Positions 13,372-26,045 of a DNA stretch of 64,000 nt are shown piece by piece. Numbering within the stretch: the first letter of the stretch is position 1; each line of letters opens with the position of its first letter. The position numbers and the translations under genes are program-made. The notes beneath the pieces are model-generated. The model ran no database searches, had not been told where the DNA came from, and saw only the letters and a program-made list of their open reading frames with translations. The stretch spans positions 744,001 through 808,000 of the forward strand of contig JAQGDQ010000045.1 of NCBI GenBank assembly GCA_030141605.1, given 5' to 3'. The stretch comes from Tubiluchus corallicola. Taxonomy: Eukaryota; Animalia; Priapulida.

Positions 13372-15710
13372 TTAAAATGGTGGCAAACCTGTATTTGAAT
13401 GCTGTTGTTGCTGCTTTGATTTGCTTGTTGTCGCATATAGCTGTTTCTGAAAATTTTGAAACTGTACATTGTAGGCTGGATCAGATGAGACGGGCGGATA
13501 ATACGGCTGGTTCGGATCTAATGGCTGCATTGACGAGTTTATGTGCATTGACTGCGACATCCCCGGCATATTTTGTTGCATGTGAGCTTGCACTGACATC
13601 TGAGGATCCGGCATCATAATTTTTGGGCCTGGACCTGGTCCGGTAGGAGGTAGGCCATGCTGCATTCCACCGGGCATGTGCACAGACGCCTGCATATGCT
13701 GAGTGGGCACTGCCATTCCTGGATGTGCTGCCATTCCAGGACCAGTAACCATATTTGGATTATTAGGTCCTTGCATGCCCATACCTGGATGACCGGTAAC
13801 CTGATTCGTCCCTCCTACAGGTTGCATTAGATGTTGAGATGGATCCATTGGATTCTGCACATACATACCTCCTGTTTGAGGCATTACTTCTCCTTTCATC
13901 CCAACACCAGCGGGAAAATACTGCATATTTTGTTTTGAAGTCTTCTTCTCCATGGTTCCCATTGGCGATGCAAAACGCTGAAGAAAGTCAACATTTGGAG
14001 GTCGATTGATACCCATAGTTGGCCGAGGATTTGCTGGACGGTACTGAATTGTGTTTGGTGTATTAGCTTGCACCTGTACATTGGTACCTTTGAATGGTAC
14101 AGTAGGGGTAGGTCCACGCCGACTTTGCTGTGACATGCTAGTATGCATCAAACTACCCTGGCTAGCACTAACTGTTGTATAACCACTTGGTACCTGTGGA
14201 ACACCCATTGACATTGACTGATGCATTGCCATGCCACTTTGTGCCATGGCATTAGCATGATGAGAACTAGCTGAATCGTTTGTTTGTCCGACCTGCATAT
14301 TTGCACTATATGCAGAGCCTGGAACATTTTGAATGTTCAGCTGCTGTATCGACATTGTAGCATTCACATACGTGTTGTTCACAGTTGGTGGCATATGCTG
14401 AAGTGGTTGCCGTCCAAACTGTTGAGCATCGTGAGGCACTAATTCACCTGCGATCGTTTCTGGGTTAGGTCGAGGCACTGCACTACCAGGTGGATCAAAA
14501 TGAGATAGGCGACTACCCTGTAAATACACATCTTGCCCGTGTATTAAACCTTGCTGAGATGAGATTTGAGCAGGCACATTTTGCGGAAAATTCGGATCAC
14601 CTTGCACATTAACTGTACCAGGGAGTACCCTTTGCGTAACTGGCGAACCAATTCTTTGATTCATCATACTACCGGGCAAATTTGCGTGTTGTGGCACATT
14701 AGTATGAATTAACTGACCCGACTGATCAAACTGCCCATCCCCAGGAAACATTTTTAACTGTTCATCGACGTATCCTACAGAAGTTGGCACATTTGGTTCC
14801 ATATATGCAGTATTCAACTGCTTCTGTATTGTCAACTCTTGTGAATCAAATGCACTCACATAACACATGGGCTGTGGTGACGGCACTGGTATGACATCCT
14901 TCCTAAGGTCCATGTCCTTTACTTTGTTTGCAGCTTGCACATATGCTGGTGGCTTAGGCCCATAAATGGGTTCACCGGGTAATGGACTAGGAAAATCCTG
15001 AGGGCTTCTAGGCATCATCATACCGCTTTTGTACATTCGTTCTTGCTGCAACTTGGAAAGCATTGGGTCTGGACTGTTGTAGTTTTGGTCAAGGCCACCA
15101 GGTGGTACTGGATGTCGAGGCGGGGATCCCACTCCAGGACCCCGAGGTCCGAATTCGACTGGGCTTGGAAACGATTGAGGCATATGCGGTAAAGGGAAGT
15201 GCGGTGAGGTAGGGGAGGCTCTACCATTAATACTGAGTAAACGATGTCCTAAGCTTTGATTGTAAGAAGGCGGTGGGCCAGGAGGGCCAGATACATTTTG
15301 ATTCATCAAATGGCTTGGTTGTAACTGACCTTGTACTTGAACGGGCATGCCATGCTGTGGATGACCCTGTGGTGGTAAGCCTGCTTGTGGATGTCGATGC
15401 ACATGGCCCATAGCCACTGCCTGTTTTTCACGAGCATACTGTTCTTGCAGCCGTTGCCACTCAATCTGAGCTTGATTTTGTTCTGGTGATTGAGGCTGAG
15501 CCATGCGATGAGGCGGCATGCCCATCATTGGACGCTGCTGCATACCAGCCATCATGACAGGCTGCTGCTGTGCATAGTAATTATCTGGTGGACAGCCAGA
15601 GTGCTGGACAGGCGGCTGACACTTTTCTGGAAATAAAACTTCCTGCATACGTCTTATTTTGCGAAGTTGTTCCTCCCTCCTCTGAAGGTTCTGAGGTGTG
15701 AGATTCTCTC
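13372..15710 (-). CDS. BCL9: BCL9 terminal exon: HD2, HD3 and P/Q/M/G-rich C-terminus
   Basis: 779-codon part of the 788-aa ORF; acceptor ttttag at 15711; phase 1 (G|GA). Confidence 0.95.
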
Positions 15711-18700
15711 CTAAAAGAAAATATGTTGTTATTGCCATAAAATACTCAGATGAAAAACTAAAATAATCAATACTATATACTCATTAACAAAGTGTTTTGA
15801 TTATAGAGAAGGTACAATTTGTCAAAAACACTTTTTATAAAGTATTATTAATTAGATTTATAAAATATGGCTTACTCGTAATTGGTATTTTACTAAATAG
15901 TGTCAAAAGTTCTCATTTTTCTGCAGGAATTTCTGCGATAAAGCAACGCTGATGGAAATATTAGGAAGCAAATTTCTTAATATGATTATACATGGTCATG
16001 TTTGCTTTGACGTTCATCATTAATATTATCACTTAATTTTTAATACATCCATATTACCTGCTTACATAAACAAAGCGGAAAAACTATGAAGACCATAATA
16101 ATCTGTTAGCTCAACAAATTAAAATTTTAATCATTCTAGTGCTCACAATTTTCATACAAAAAATATTGGAAACTGAGAAAATCAAAAGTAACCAAGCTAG
16201 CAATAAACTGGCTGCTAAGTTGTTTTTGTAAAAATGTAATAAGCCGCTAACACATTATAGGTGCTACATTATAGTCTTAAACCATTGCAAAGATACAAAC
16301 ACGCAATAACCAGCTGCTCACAAATGGAAACAAATCTTAAAATCAGCAAGAATAAAATTTAGATAACAAAACTATCATAACAGTAAGGAGTTGTCTCATC
16401 CAAAAACACACAAGAAAGCAAGCACCATTGCCGACTATTCCTACTTGATCTTTAAAATCAGCAAATCAGTAATTTGTACTGCTTGAAAATGCCTCTTTTT
16501 AACACAGTTAATACATTCATAAAACTGTGTGTTGTACTCGGGGTAACTAGCTGTAAACATGGCATTAAGCTGAAAATGCAAATGTACCACCACCATTAAC
16601 TATGCATGAACCTACATACCTTTTGACATAACATTACTTTCGGCAGACATTGGAGGTCCTTGATTAACACCACTTGGGCTTGAGGTAGCTCCCCACGAAC
16701 CAGGTTGATTAGGCCATTCATTACCTAACTGGTTGACTTTGTCTTGCAGCTGCTCAAGTGGTCTTGATGACCCTGTAAATATTAATGGCACCATTCTTTA
16801 TAATACTGCACCTATAATATTACATATTATATACTACGATTGTTGAATTATTCTACAAAAGATGATAGACAATTGTTCACAATGAATTTTAGAATATCAA
16901 CAGTTTAAGACAAAAAACTATACAAATTGCATGCATTTCACTTATAATCCTTAAATTCTCAATGTTAAATTTAACATGTGAGACATCAAATTGCAAAACA
17001 AATTGCTATATGGTAGTAAATACTCCATACAAGAACACTAAAATGAATGAAAAAAATTTTACATCAATAAAGAAGAAATGAAGTGTATATTAGTTCTCAC
17101 AGTTGAAATAACAAATCTGAGTTTTTACCTTATACATTAGTATATTCAAAAATATTATATTACAACTTGATAATGCCCGGAAATATGTTTTCTAAAGTTA
17201 AGCCGTAGCTGTAATAAAAATCTTTCTTTAAAAAATTCAGAAAACACGATTACTTGTCAAGCAACAGACATGGCTGTACTCTTTAGAGAAGCACTTACCT
17301 CAGCACTATAATTTACAAAACATACAAAGAGTATAAATTCATGTTTTGTTACAGGATAACAGAACAATTTCTAGACCACAACTCATTCTGACCCATGGTT
17401 TACAATACACATTTCATTACCTACAATATTACCAAGATGCTCTGATAATTACGCACTTAGACTGTAATTAACTAATGCAAGTGTAAGTTAATGATACTTC
17501 ACAACAAGGAAAAATTTTCCAATAGCAACCACGTTTATGACAGCCAAACAAGTTTCCAAAAATAAAAACATGGCAAACTTTCAAGTACAAAATTTCATTA
17601 CTGGAACAATAAAGTTAAAAGAATTAGGTTTGCACGGTAATAATCTTCTAAAGTTAATCTTCAAAACAATATTTTCTCTTTTGATATTTTATAGATGAGA
17701 TCATTTTGGGCTATGATCTTAAATTGGTTATAATTTTCCTTTAATATAACAACTGAGAAGTTACATACCGACTGGCACAGAGCATATTAGTCCAGGTTTA
17801 CTACCAGTTTGATTCATTAATGGAGTTGAGAACCTATTCCACTGCTGCATCTTCATAGGGTATTTCTAAAAAAGTATCTGCACTTTAATTGTCAAATCTT
17901 TTTTTTTCTGCGGACAGACAAGTTCATTTACGTAATGGATGACAAACAAATCGCACATGCTATAGAGAATAGACTGCTTTGCATGACAAAGGTAATCCCA
18001 AATAAAGTCCCAGAGATTTTACAAGGAAACTATGGGTCGAAGTAGCTTTGAAGTTAATTGGAAAGGTAGCAAAAATTTAAGCCTGATTTTGCAATTCTAC
18101 GATCCGTACATTTTTTTTAAATTCATAGTACATAGTTATACATGCTGCTGCCCTCCTGAAAATGTTCTTGCATAGTTATGCTGTCATAATGGAGAAAATT
18201 ATCAGTTTCAAAACATTGTTAGCTGTATAATAAAAGCCACTTTTTTATTTGAAGTGAATACAATGTACTAGTTTATTTAAACTCCAATGGAAAACGCTGT
18301 AAAAAATTGTAAACAGGGGCATGCAAAATAAAGTTTCGTGCAAGATTTCTTTGAAACTGCGACTGCTTGGCTTTACCACCAAGTGAAAGAAACAAAGTTA
18401 AAGGCAACCAGTACTTTGCCGGGGCACAGAGTCAGCAGGAGATACGAAGTAATTCATGCAAGCTTGTCTGGTACTCATTACTGAACGCTTTATTGGACGC
18501 TATCCAAATTTTTATTGCAAGCCTTATTAATAATTACAATTAGATATTAATTATATAAAATATGGTGCATGTATAATAATAATAATCAAACTTTTATATG
18601 ATAACTTCGTGTTAAGGGTCAGTTAATTAATTGTTGGCTTTGTCTACCTTAACGTAACAACAAGGCACTGTTCATGTGAAATACAATTCGGAAGGTTGCA

Positions 18701-21700
18701 GGCTGCATTCTCAAATTACTTAGGCACTTTTCTTTGTGTATTTACAACTTGTTGCAATAAATAATGATAATTGCCTTACTGTTTACAGTTTTCCAAAATT
18801 GGGTGAACCCAAAAACGGTGTTGTCGCCTCCTGTATAGCCTACTTGGCTTTTTCTTTAACTACCACACCAAAATAAAAATCATCTTTCTTCTACAAAGTC
18901 TCATGTCTAGAATTTCATGCTAAAAATTTTGCCCCGTTTATGACATATTGTATGGAATGAGTACAGACGTAGTGGAAATAATTTTTGCGGATGTAAAACA
19001 TGCAGATAGAAAACTCTGAGTGTGTGCGTGCCTGTGCAGACGCAGTGGAAATGCCGTAGGGCCCCATAGATAAGCAAAAACCAAATCCTGTTGATATATC
19101 AGTTCAGAAGGTTAATTATAAGCTGACCTGTAACGTCATAATGCTTAAAAACAAACAGGAAAATATCATATAATTTCCAATGTCCCAGAAAAAACGTGAG
19201 GTTAACCTCCAATTTCCTATATTTAGATAGTTTGAAACATTGAAAAAAAAACAATAAACTGACCTCATAATCTTATTTGTACATTTGTACTACATTAAGA
19301 CCACTCATTTTGATGAAAACAACAAAATATACTTATTTCATTTTCTGGTAGCCGATTAAACAAAATTCAACACTGTATAAACAAAATTCAACACTGTATA
19401 AACAAAATTCAACATTTCACCTGTACAGCACATCTTTATTACTTGGTTTTCATGTTTTAAATTACACGTGAATTTTGCCTACAAATTACACTTGAAATTT
19501 ACCTGCAAGAAGTTTTTAGTTAGAGGCTGTGCACAATGAAAAGCAATTATTGATGGATAAACCGACTGCATCACAAGCTCGGCAGCCTTGTTAGCCATTT
19601 GTGTTGTGAAAACAAATATTTGACTCTGTTGTTGCATATATTGGGGATCTGTCGAAGATTTCGCTGTATTATTCATAGCCTGCAAGAAAACAAAAACAAT
19701 GCAACTACGACACTACAAAAGAACAAACTAAAAATACAAGCCAAATTATGTTTCAGTTTTGCTTTTGTGTAAAAGTCACATTTACATCGGCCTATAGAGG
19801 ACCATACACATATAACAATACCAAGTTCAGGGTAGGCAGGTGACAGAAAATGTGACGCACTATAATGCAAGGTAGGTAAGTGATTTTGTCATAAAATATC
19901 GTTATCAAGAGTTGGAACAAGGAATGGCTGGCTGTAATCGGCCGTGAGGAGGAGGAATCTGCAGAATGGATCGATGAGAATGCGTTCAAGTGAATTACGG
20001 CTGCCACCGACTGCACTGCTGATGCCAGTAGAATCCACTGATGGTTTCCTTTAATTAACACAAATGATGCTGTTGCCTGTCTTTGGGAGGAGGTAAGGAT
20101 AAAATGTAGAAAAAGCTACATCGGCCGTGTGATATCAATTTCAATACAAGGGACAGGTAGGTGGTGAGGCATATGATAACGTCATTATAATACAAGGTAA
20201 GGTTGCTTATAATACAAACTTGCTATCGTTATATGTGGATGGCCTCCAGACAGAAGATGGGTATATAGAAAACGAGTATGTAGGCTAAATAGGGCATGCA
20301 TGACAAAACCAAGCTACTATAACATTAAGTTCTCATTTAATGACGCCTCAGTAGTGACGAGTCGTTTCTGAAAGATGTTACATTTTAGTCATAAATTGTA
20401 TTTCATTCTACATCTGTGGCAGGAAGCCCGACATGTGGCATGTGCATTGTACATATGCCTATTATGACATTTGTTGAATGCTGGTGCACGACGAAGAACT
20501 TCATTTGTATAAAAGCAATGAACGTCGAGAACTGCATTCTCGAGAATTATAAAATGACAATCCAAGCATTTTCTGTTTTTTTTAATAAGCTACTACTAAA
20601 TGAAGTGTACAAAGTCTAATAATTATTGATTCAAAGATTTTTCAAAAACCATTGTGAACAAACCTGTGGCGTGTTCGCCGTTTGATTTTTCCCACTATTT
20701 TGCCTCTGTACTTTTGTAGATGAAACATTAACTTGTGATGGAGTCTGTGGTGTTGACACTAACATTTTAAGATCTAAATTCTTTTTATCGTCATTTCCGC
20801 TTGAAGGCTGACCTGCACATATAAAAATATCCACAAGTGTAATATAATGATTACAATACATGATCCAATGTAACGTTTGTAATACAATATAATGGTATAA
20901 TGATCCTATAGTAGAAATGTTTGCACAATACATGATAATCATCCATTACAACAAAATGTATATACGCTATAAATACATTTAGGAAAAATGTTGACAAGGA
21001 AAAAGCTAGTACATGTTAACTCTGTTTAATTTTTTGGTTTAAATAAATAGGTCTATTGTGATTTGCATATTTACGCTAATATTGTCTGAATATTTATTTA
21101 CAAAATTGTTATAGTTTTCGTTACAAAACACTAAAATGTGAACTATAAACCACGTTTTTTGAAGAAATTAACAGTACTGAATTAACAAGGACTTTTCTTT
21201 TAGCTTAGCACACTAATACATCTACTGCTTTGGTAAATGCTTTTATTGTTACTATGGTTATTGCCATAAATAAAGACTAAGATATGACGATGATCTATTA
21301 AACGAAGGCGCTATCATAACTTATTCACGTGCTTTATTTAAGTCCATTATTCAATGAATAATGTTGTCGGCCTCGTCACCGTCTTAATCTGTGATGAGCA
21401 GGCAATCACAACAACAAGGAAGAAGGCAAGGAATATTAAGATGAAGTCTCATAATGTTATTAAGATAATAATAAAGCCAGCTGATAATCAAACTAAACAA
21501 ATGGAAATTAACGGTGAAAAAGTATGAGCAAATCTGCAATACCCTGTGATTGTGGTGTAGCTGGTGTACTGGGCATTATTTGACCAACAGATGGTAAACC
21601 AACATCTCCACTGTCTGACACCTCTTTCTTTATATCATCAGACTTAACAACTGTAGAGTCATCAGTTTCACTATTACTAGCACCTGGCTTCTTGACAATT

Positions 21701-23949
21701 TTTGTCATTGCTTCAACTCGTTCGCGCTTCGACAACTTATTATTTTCTATAAAACCTTTCTGATCCTTGGCTCCTTCTTTTGCCTAAAAACAGAAAATGA
21801 AACAGAATTAGACATAACACTATTTTAGCAGCACTACTGCGATAAAAAACAACACTAAATAATGAATTCAATTAGTGAATGAGTTATGGTTTCTACAACT
21901 GGGCTTTTCAATAATAAAGCAAAATGCTACAGTCCCAGCATTTCAATACTTCTTCAAAACAGTTCTTTTTCAAAATATTTTATACTAGCTATGTACTGTT
22001 TGTCATAATTTTGGCAAGTTTATTTTGAAAGACAGGGGCAAAACTGACCCTTTAAAAAATAACTCAAAATTTTAATTATAAATGTGTTATTGGTAGGCAG
22101 CGTGCTGAACATTTATCAGAGTTTGCCTGTCTGTCCATGTAATATTCAAGAAAATCTTGAACATACTTTAACCAAATTTACCAGAAAGACTGACCAGATT
22201 TAGGTGATAATTTATTTGACAATACCAAAGAAATCAACATTTGCTGATTACTAGTTTCATGGAAGGGCTCTAATTCTATCTGTCCTACTAGTTTCATGGA
22301 AGGGCTCTAATTCTATCTGTCCAAGATGTTTATCTTAAGGAGTTATGGATAGATTACAATGACAAAAGGGCTACAATCAAAGAAAAGCTGACTATATTTT
22401 GAGATGAATGGCCATCTGAAAATAACTTAATTGAATTATCATGGATGTCTACGTGATGTCATAAGAGAGTGCTGTAGAAAACTTCCAAAAACAAGCAAAG
22501 AATCCCAAAGAACAATTACTGCCATACACACTATACATTTTTTATTTTGCCAAGTCTTAAAAGTTTAAAACGTTAGGGTGATGCTCACTATGCCTAACAA
22601 GTTATTGACAATTTTTGGTCAAGGGACTCTACCCAAATCTCTACTCATCTGGAAGTTGTTTTTGTTGTTAGGAAAGAGCTTTTGAAAAAAAGGCTTAAGA
22701 CTCTGTGAACTCGCAGCGGATCTTCCTGAAACTTTATACTAGAACAATTTCCACATTGATTGGCAAATAGCATTTTCCATCTGCCATTTTGAATACGAAA
22801 TTGCGACACCATTTTCGAAAAAAGTCTAAGGCTCCGCCAATTTGCAACAAATCGGCACGAAAAATAGGAATATACTAGAATGAATTCTGCATCGATTAAT
22901 TTGAACTTCAATTTGCCATCTTAAATTCAAAACAGTGACAGTTCAAGTTGAATTTACTCAATATCATAATTAGTTGAGTCTAAAAAATATAACTACCTTC
23001 AACTGAGGTTCTATCACTGGAAAAAGTGTTTCATTCACGTATGCGAATAAATCCTTCTCTGCCGGACACGTGCTGTTCTGATACTGCTTGAGAAAGTTTT
23101 GCCAGTGCAGCAGCGTGGAACATATACACTCAAAGTCTCTCTTTACTGGCTTCTTTGACGTATTTTCCTTAAACAGTTTTAATTCTGCAACACAAAGTTC
23201 AATAATTTAGTAATAATCAAATTATAAAAAAAGAGTAAGAAAGGTAAATGAAATAAAAACTCACTCGCAAATGAATTGCCAAGTAAAATTTATTAAAGCA
23301 TTCAGCAGATTCTCCGATATGAAACATTTATACTTTCTACTGTAAAAGGGTGTACAATACATGAAAATTTAATGAAGAGCTTTACAATGAAATCGCTGAT
23401 ATCAATGTAAATATTTAAAGGAGAAGCGGACGATTGTGTAGATATTAGTTCAAAATAAAGTATGCTCTAAAATATAGAAAATTACAACAGCTTATTTTAC
23501 ATCAAAGCTTAGATTAAATAATAATTACTTCTGAATGTTAAATTTTGTTAAACCTACGTGCAGCTCAGCGAACATACTAAGACTGGCAATGGAGCCTTTT
23601 TGTCACATTTGTCATATATGAGCAATAGCAATCTTCGCTTAAGCAGACGTGTTTGACGTGCAGGGAAGATGCCTACCATTGCACAAGCTGTGGTTAGTTT
23701 GTGGCATAAGCGACAGCTGTGTTCAGTTGCCTTTTCATTAACTTTCCAAGCTAATTATTCAAATACTAGAAACAACTGCTAGCGTTTATAGGTAAGAAAA
23801 TGTATATTTTGAGCAGCAAATTAAAATGACATATGTCTAATCAGTCGTATAGTTTTTCTTTATTTCACTAGCTAATCACTAAAAAACCTCACATAGTAAT
23901 ACAGTGTAATAATGATAGTGATAATTATGTTTAATAATGATGATGATGG

Positions 23950-23989
<40 letters not shown>

Positions 23990-25902
23990 AATAATAATAA
24001 TAATAACAGGCTATTAAAATGATACAAAACACGTAATGCACTACATATTATAAGTGCAGAGTACATAACATTTGAAATGAAAATAAAAAAAATCTGGTTT
24101 GCTTAGCTCTAAATATGAACTTTCTTTAAACACACAAACAGTGATGAGCTGAACAATTATTCAAAAGTCCAGGTGCTTAAATTATGAAGATAAGAATACT
24201 ATGCAGGTAGTATATTCACTTGTTAGATGCTTCCCTTGAAAACATGCTGGACAATAATGTAAATTAAGAATTTTTTCAGAAAAACTTATATAAAGGAATC
24301 AATATACACTTAATAGGTTGACCGTAACATAACTTGCAAATGACAGGCAAGTTGAAGCAACAGATTAAGAACTGGGCACCCAACCATAACCATAACTTGA
24401 AAATCAGGAATTGCATCTATTTACACTTTTGAGAAGCAAGTAATTATACATAATTTCATCAGTACAATCCTCCGTCTGTCCTAAATACAAAATTTCACGT
24501 ATGGCAGGTGATTGTTGACACTAAATAGAAGGAGCTATATAGGCAATATTTAAAATGCTTTTTAGTCAATTACTTAGTAATTTCAGTTATCCTACAATGT
24601 CACTTAACCTCTTAAGTTGTTTTAAAAAATGTAATGAGCACTTTTAGTGCATCTGAAGTAAAATACAGCTCTATGATAATAAAAGCCCAACACTTAAAAT
24701 TATGATATTAACATTATTTCTTTTACTACTTTTGTGCCATATTTTTCTGGGTCTGTATGCTGATGTGCATTTTATAATATTATTTTACTTGCACATCGAA
24801 ATAAAAATAAAAATGTAAAATTCTAAGTTATTAACTTATTGTGCAGAAAGTAAATCTTTTTAGGGACCAAACTGAATGCATAATTCACGCATAAACTTAG
24901 TTCACGAAATGGAATATTTCAGCCTTTTTTTCAATTCAGTTAATCAGTTACAAGAAACTCTTTAGAAATTAAAAAATGTTGAAACATCTAACTTAGTTAA
25001 TACTGTAAATCCTTTATAAAATACTAAACTAAACACTTCAGCAGAAATATTTTTGTACTCACTCATTGCAATTTGTAAAGCTAATCAAACATTTACCAAA
25101 ACTTGAAGAACATAATTTATGAACTTTTATGATCATATCATGAACTTTGCAATTCAAGATAATTTTTTTTGGTAAATAATTCACACAATCGATGTTTTAC
25201 ATTCATATCCGCAGAATTAGTACGTTGGTGAGAAAATCACATTCCTAATATTTTTCTACATTTATATACATACTTTTTTCTATACAAGTACATATACAAG
25301 AAAATAAATTTTTCCTAGAAAAAGCTAAAGACGTCGCAATAAATAAACTATGCACTTACCATTATACCAGTACTTATTATTAAAAGCATCCTGACCAATC
25401 ACCATACCATAATACTAGAAAAAAGAGCAATTTAGAATATTTAAGGAACATTATATAAAGTGTTGAAGAAATTATAAATTTTTGATAGAATCCTATCATA
25501 TATTAATCAGAATGAATCTATCAAGCTAATTTAAAACTAATCTACTTTTATACCAACTGATATACATTTTTCATTGCTCTGCATTGTTCAGATTATAAAG
25601 CCAGAACAATTATTCACCAGCATTGTACTGTTCACAAGTTACACAAAACTTAATGTTTATAAGCAAAGAGCTGTAGGATAGATTGTAGAATCTATTCAAA
25701 AACACTGATTCAGAAAATCCTAAAATTTATTCTTTTTGAAATCTATGGTAATTTACACAGTAGGCTAGACAGTAATGCGACTACCATAAAGAAAATAAAG
25801 AGTTACTAATTGGGAAATCAAATGCTTTGCATTAAAAAGTACTAAAAATGCACAAACTCACAAGATGTAGTTTATGAATTGTATTACTCAGAAACATACC
25901 AT
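13372..25902 (-). CDS. BCL9: BCL9/legless Wnt-beta-catenin coactivator with an N-terminal WHIM2/WHIM3 module (9 coding exons, about 1133 aa)
   Basis: complement(join(13372..15710,16620..16772,17769..17865,19503..19679,20664..20812,21543..21783,22997..23184,25360..25414,25900..25902)) = 3402 nt, all GT-AG with matching phases. Motifs: HD1 (IFVFTTQMANKAAE...SIIAFH), HD2 (LTPQNLQRREEQLRKIRRMQEVLFPE), HD3 (QIEWQRLQEQYAREK), protostome Legless blocks PVPSPQ..AFDSQELTIQKQLN, PNTIQY and FQNFQKQLYAT. Confidence 0.9.
16620..16772 (-). CDS. BCL9: BCL9 coding exon 8
   Basis: tttacag|GG TCA...AAA G|gtatgt; open frame, phase 1/1. Confidence 0.85.
17769..17865 (-). CDS. BCL9: BCL9 coding exon 7
   Basis: ttttag|AAA TAC CCT (KYPMKMQQWNRF...) GTC G|gtatgt; phase 0/1 bridges the flanking exons. 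Confidence 0.85.
19357..19414. repeat. 21-bp tandem repeat, about 2.7 copies
   Basis: Unit TAAACAAAATTCAACACTGTA. Confidence 0.85.
19503..19679 (-). CDS. BCL9: BCL9 coding exon 6, HD1 (Pygopus-binding)
   Basis: QQQSQIFVFTTQMANKAAELV...SIIAFHCAQPLTKNFLQ; cttgcag acceptor, gtaaat donor. Confidence 0.95.
20664..20812 (-). CDS. BCL9: BCL9 coding exon 5
   Basis: gtgcag|GT CAG...CCA CAG|gtttgt; phase 1/0; S/T/Q-rich. Confidence 0.8.
21543..21783 (-). CDS. BCL9: BCL9 coding exon 4
   Basis: tttttag|GCA AAA GAA...CAG G|gtattg; phase 0/1; open frame. Confidence 0.8.
22249..22322. repeat. Perfect 37-bp tandem duplication
   Basis: TACTAGTTTCATGGAAGGGCTCTAATTCTATCTGTCC x2. Confidence 0.9.
22997..23184 (-). 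CDS. BCL9: Coding exon 3: WHIM3-like motif
   Basis: gttgcag|AA TTA...TTG AAG|gtagtt; translates as LKLFKENTSKKPVKRDFECICSTLLHWQNFLKQYQNSTCPAEKDLFAYVNETLFPVIEPQLK; phase 1/0. Confidence 0.8.
23932..24006. repeat. (GAT)n(AAT)n microsatellite
   Basis: Seen directly; explains the poly-S/L ORF 23872..24066. Confidence 0.95.
25360..25414 (-). CDS. BCL9: Coding exon 2: WHIM2-like GxD motif
   Basis: ttttttctag|TAT...AAT G|gtaagt; translates as YYGMVIGQDAFNNKYWYN; phase 0/1. Confidence 0.8.
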
Positions 25903-26045
25903 TTTCAATACCGAGCACGCTTAGCACAGATGGCATATACAAGTTTTCTTGCTAACTGAGATCTCATGAAGTATGTTTGTAAAAGTGAAGTTCCACTTCC
26001 TCCACCGGCCTTCAGACTCCTTAAATGCCCATCTTCTGGGTGGTC
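25900..26045 (-). other. BCL9: Mostly untranslated exon ending in the putative BCL9 start codon
   Basis: GAAAATG|gtatgt at 25902-25900, in-frame TAA 7 codons upstream, T-rich acceptor ttttttgag at about 26046. Confidence 0.6.

Noticed and set aside
13377-15227. Short ORFs 13377..13619, 13896..14117 and 15018..15227
   Set aside because: Shadow or alternate frames inside the BCL9 terminal exon with no recognisable motifs.
15711-15738. ORF-track start MAITTYFLL for the 788-aa ORF
   Set aside because: This is intron sequence (polypyrimidine tract and AG); the HD1 exon lies upstream and splices in frame.
23556-23750. GC-richer stretch in the BCL9 intron as an extra exon
   Set aside because: The flanking exons already join in phase into a continuous WHIM2 motif, and this stretch shows no recognisable homology.
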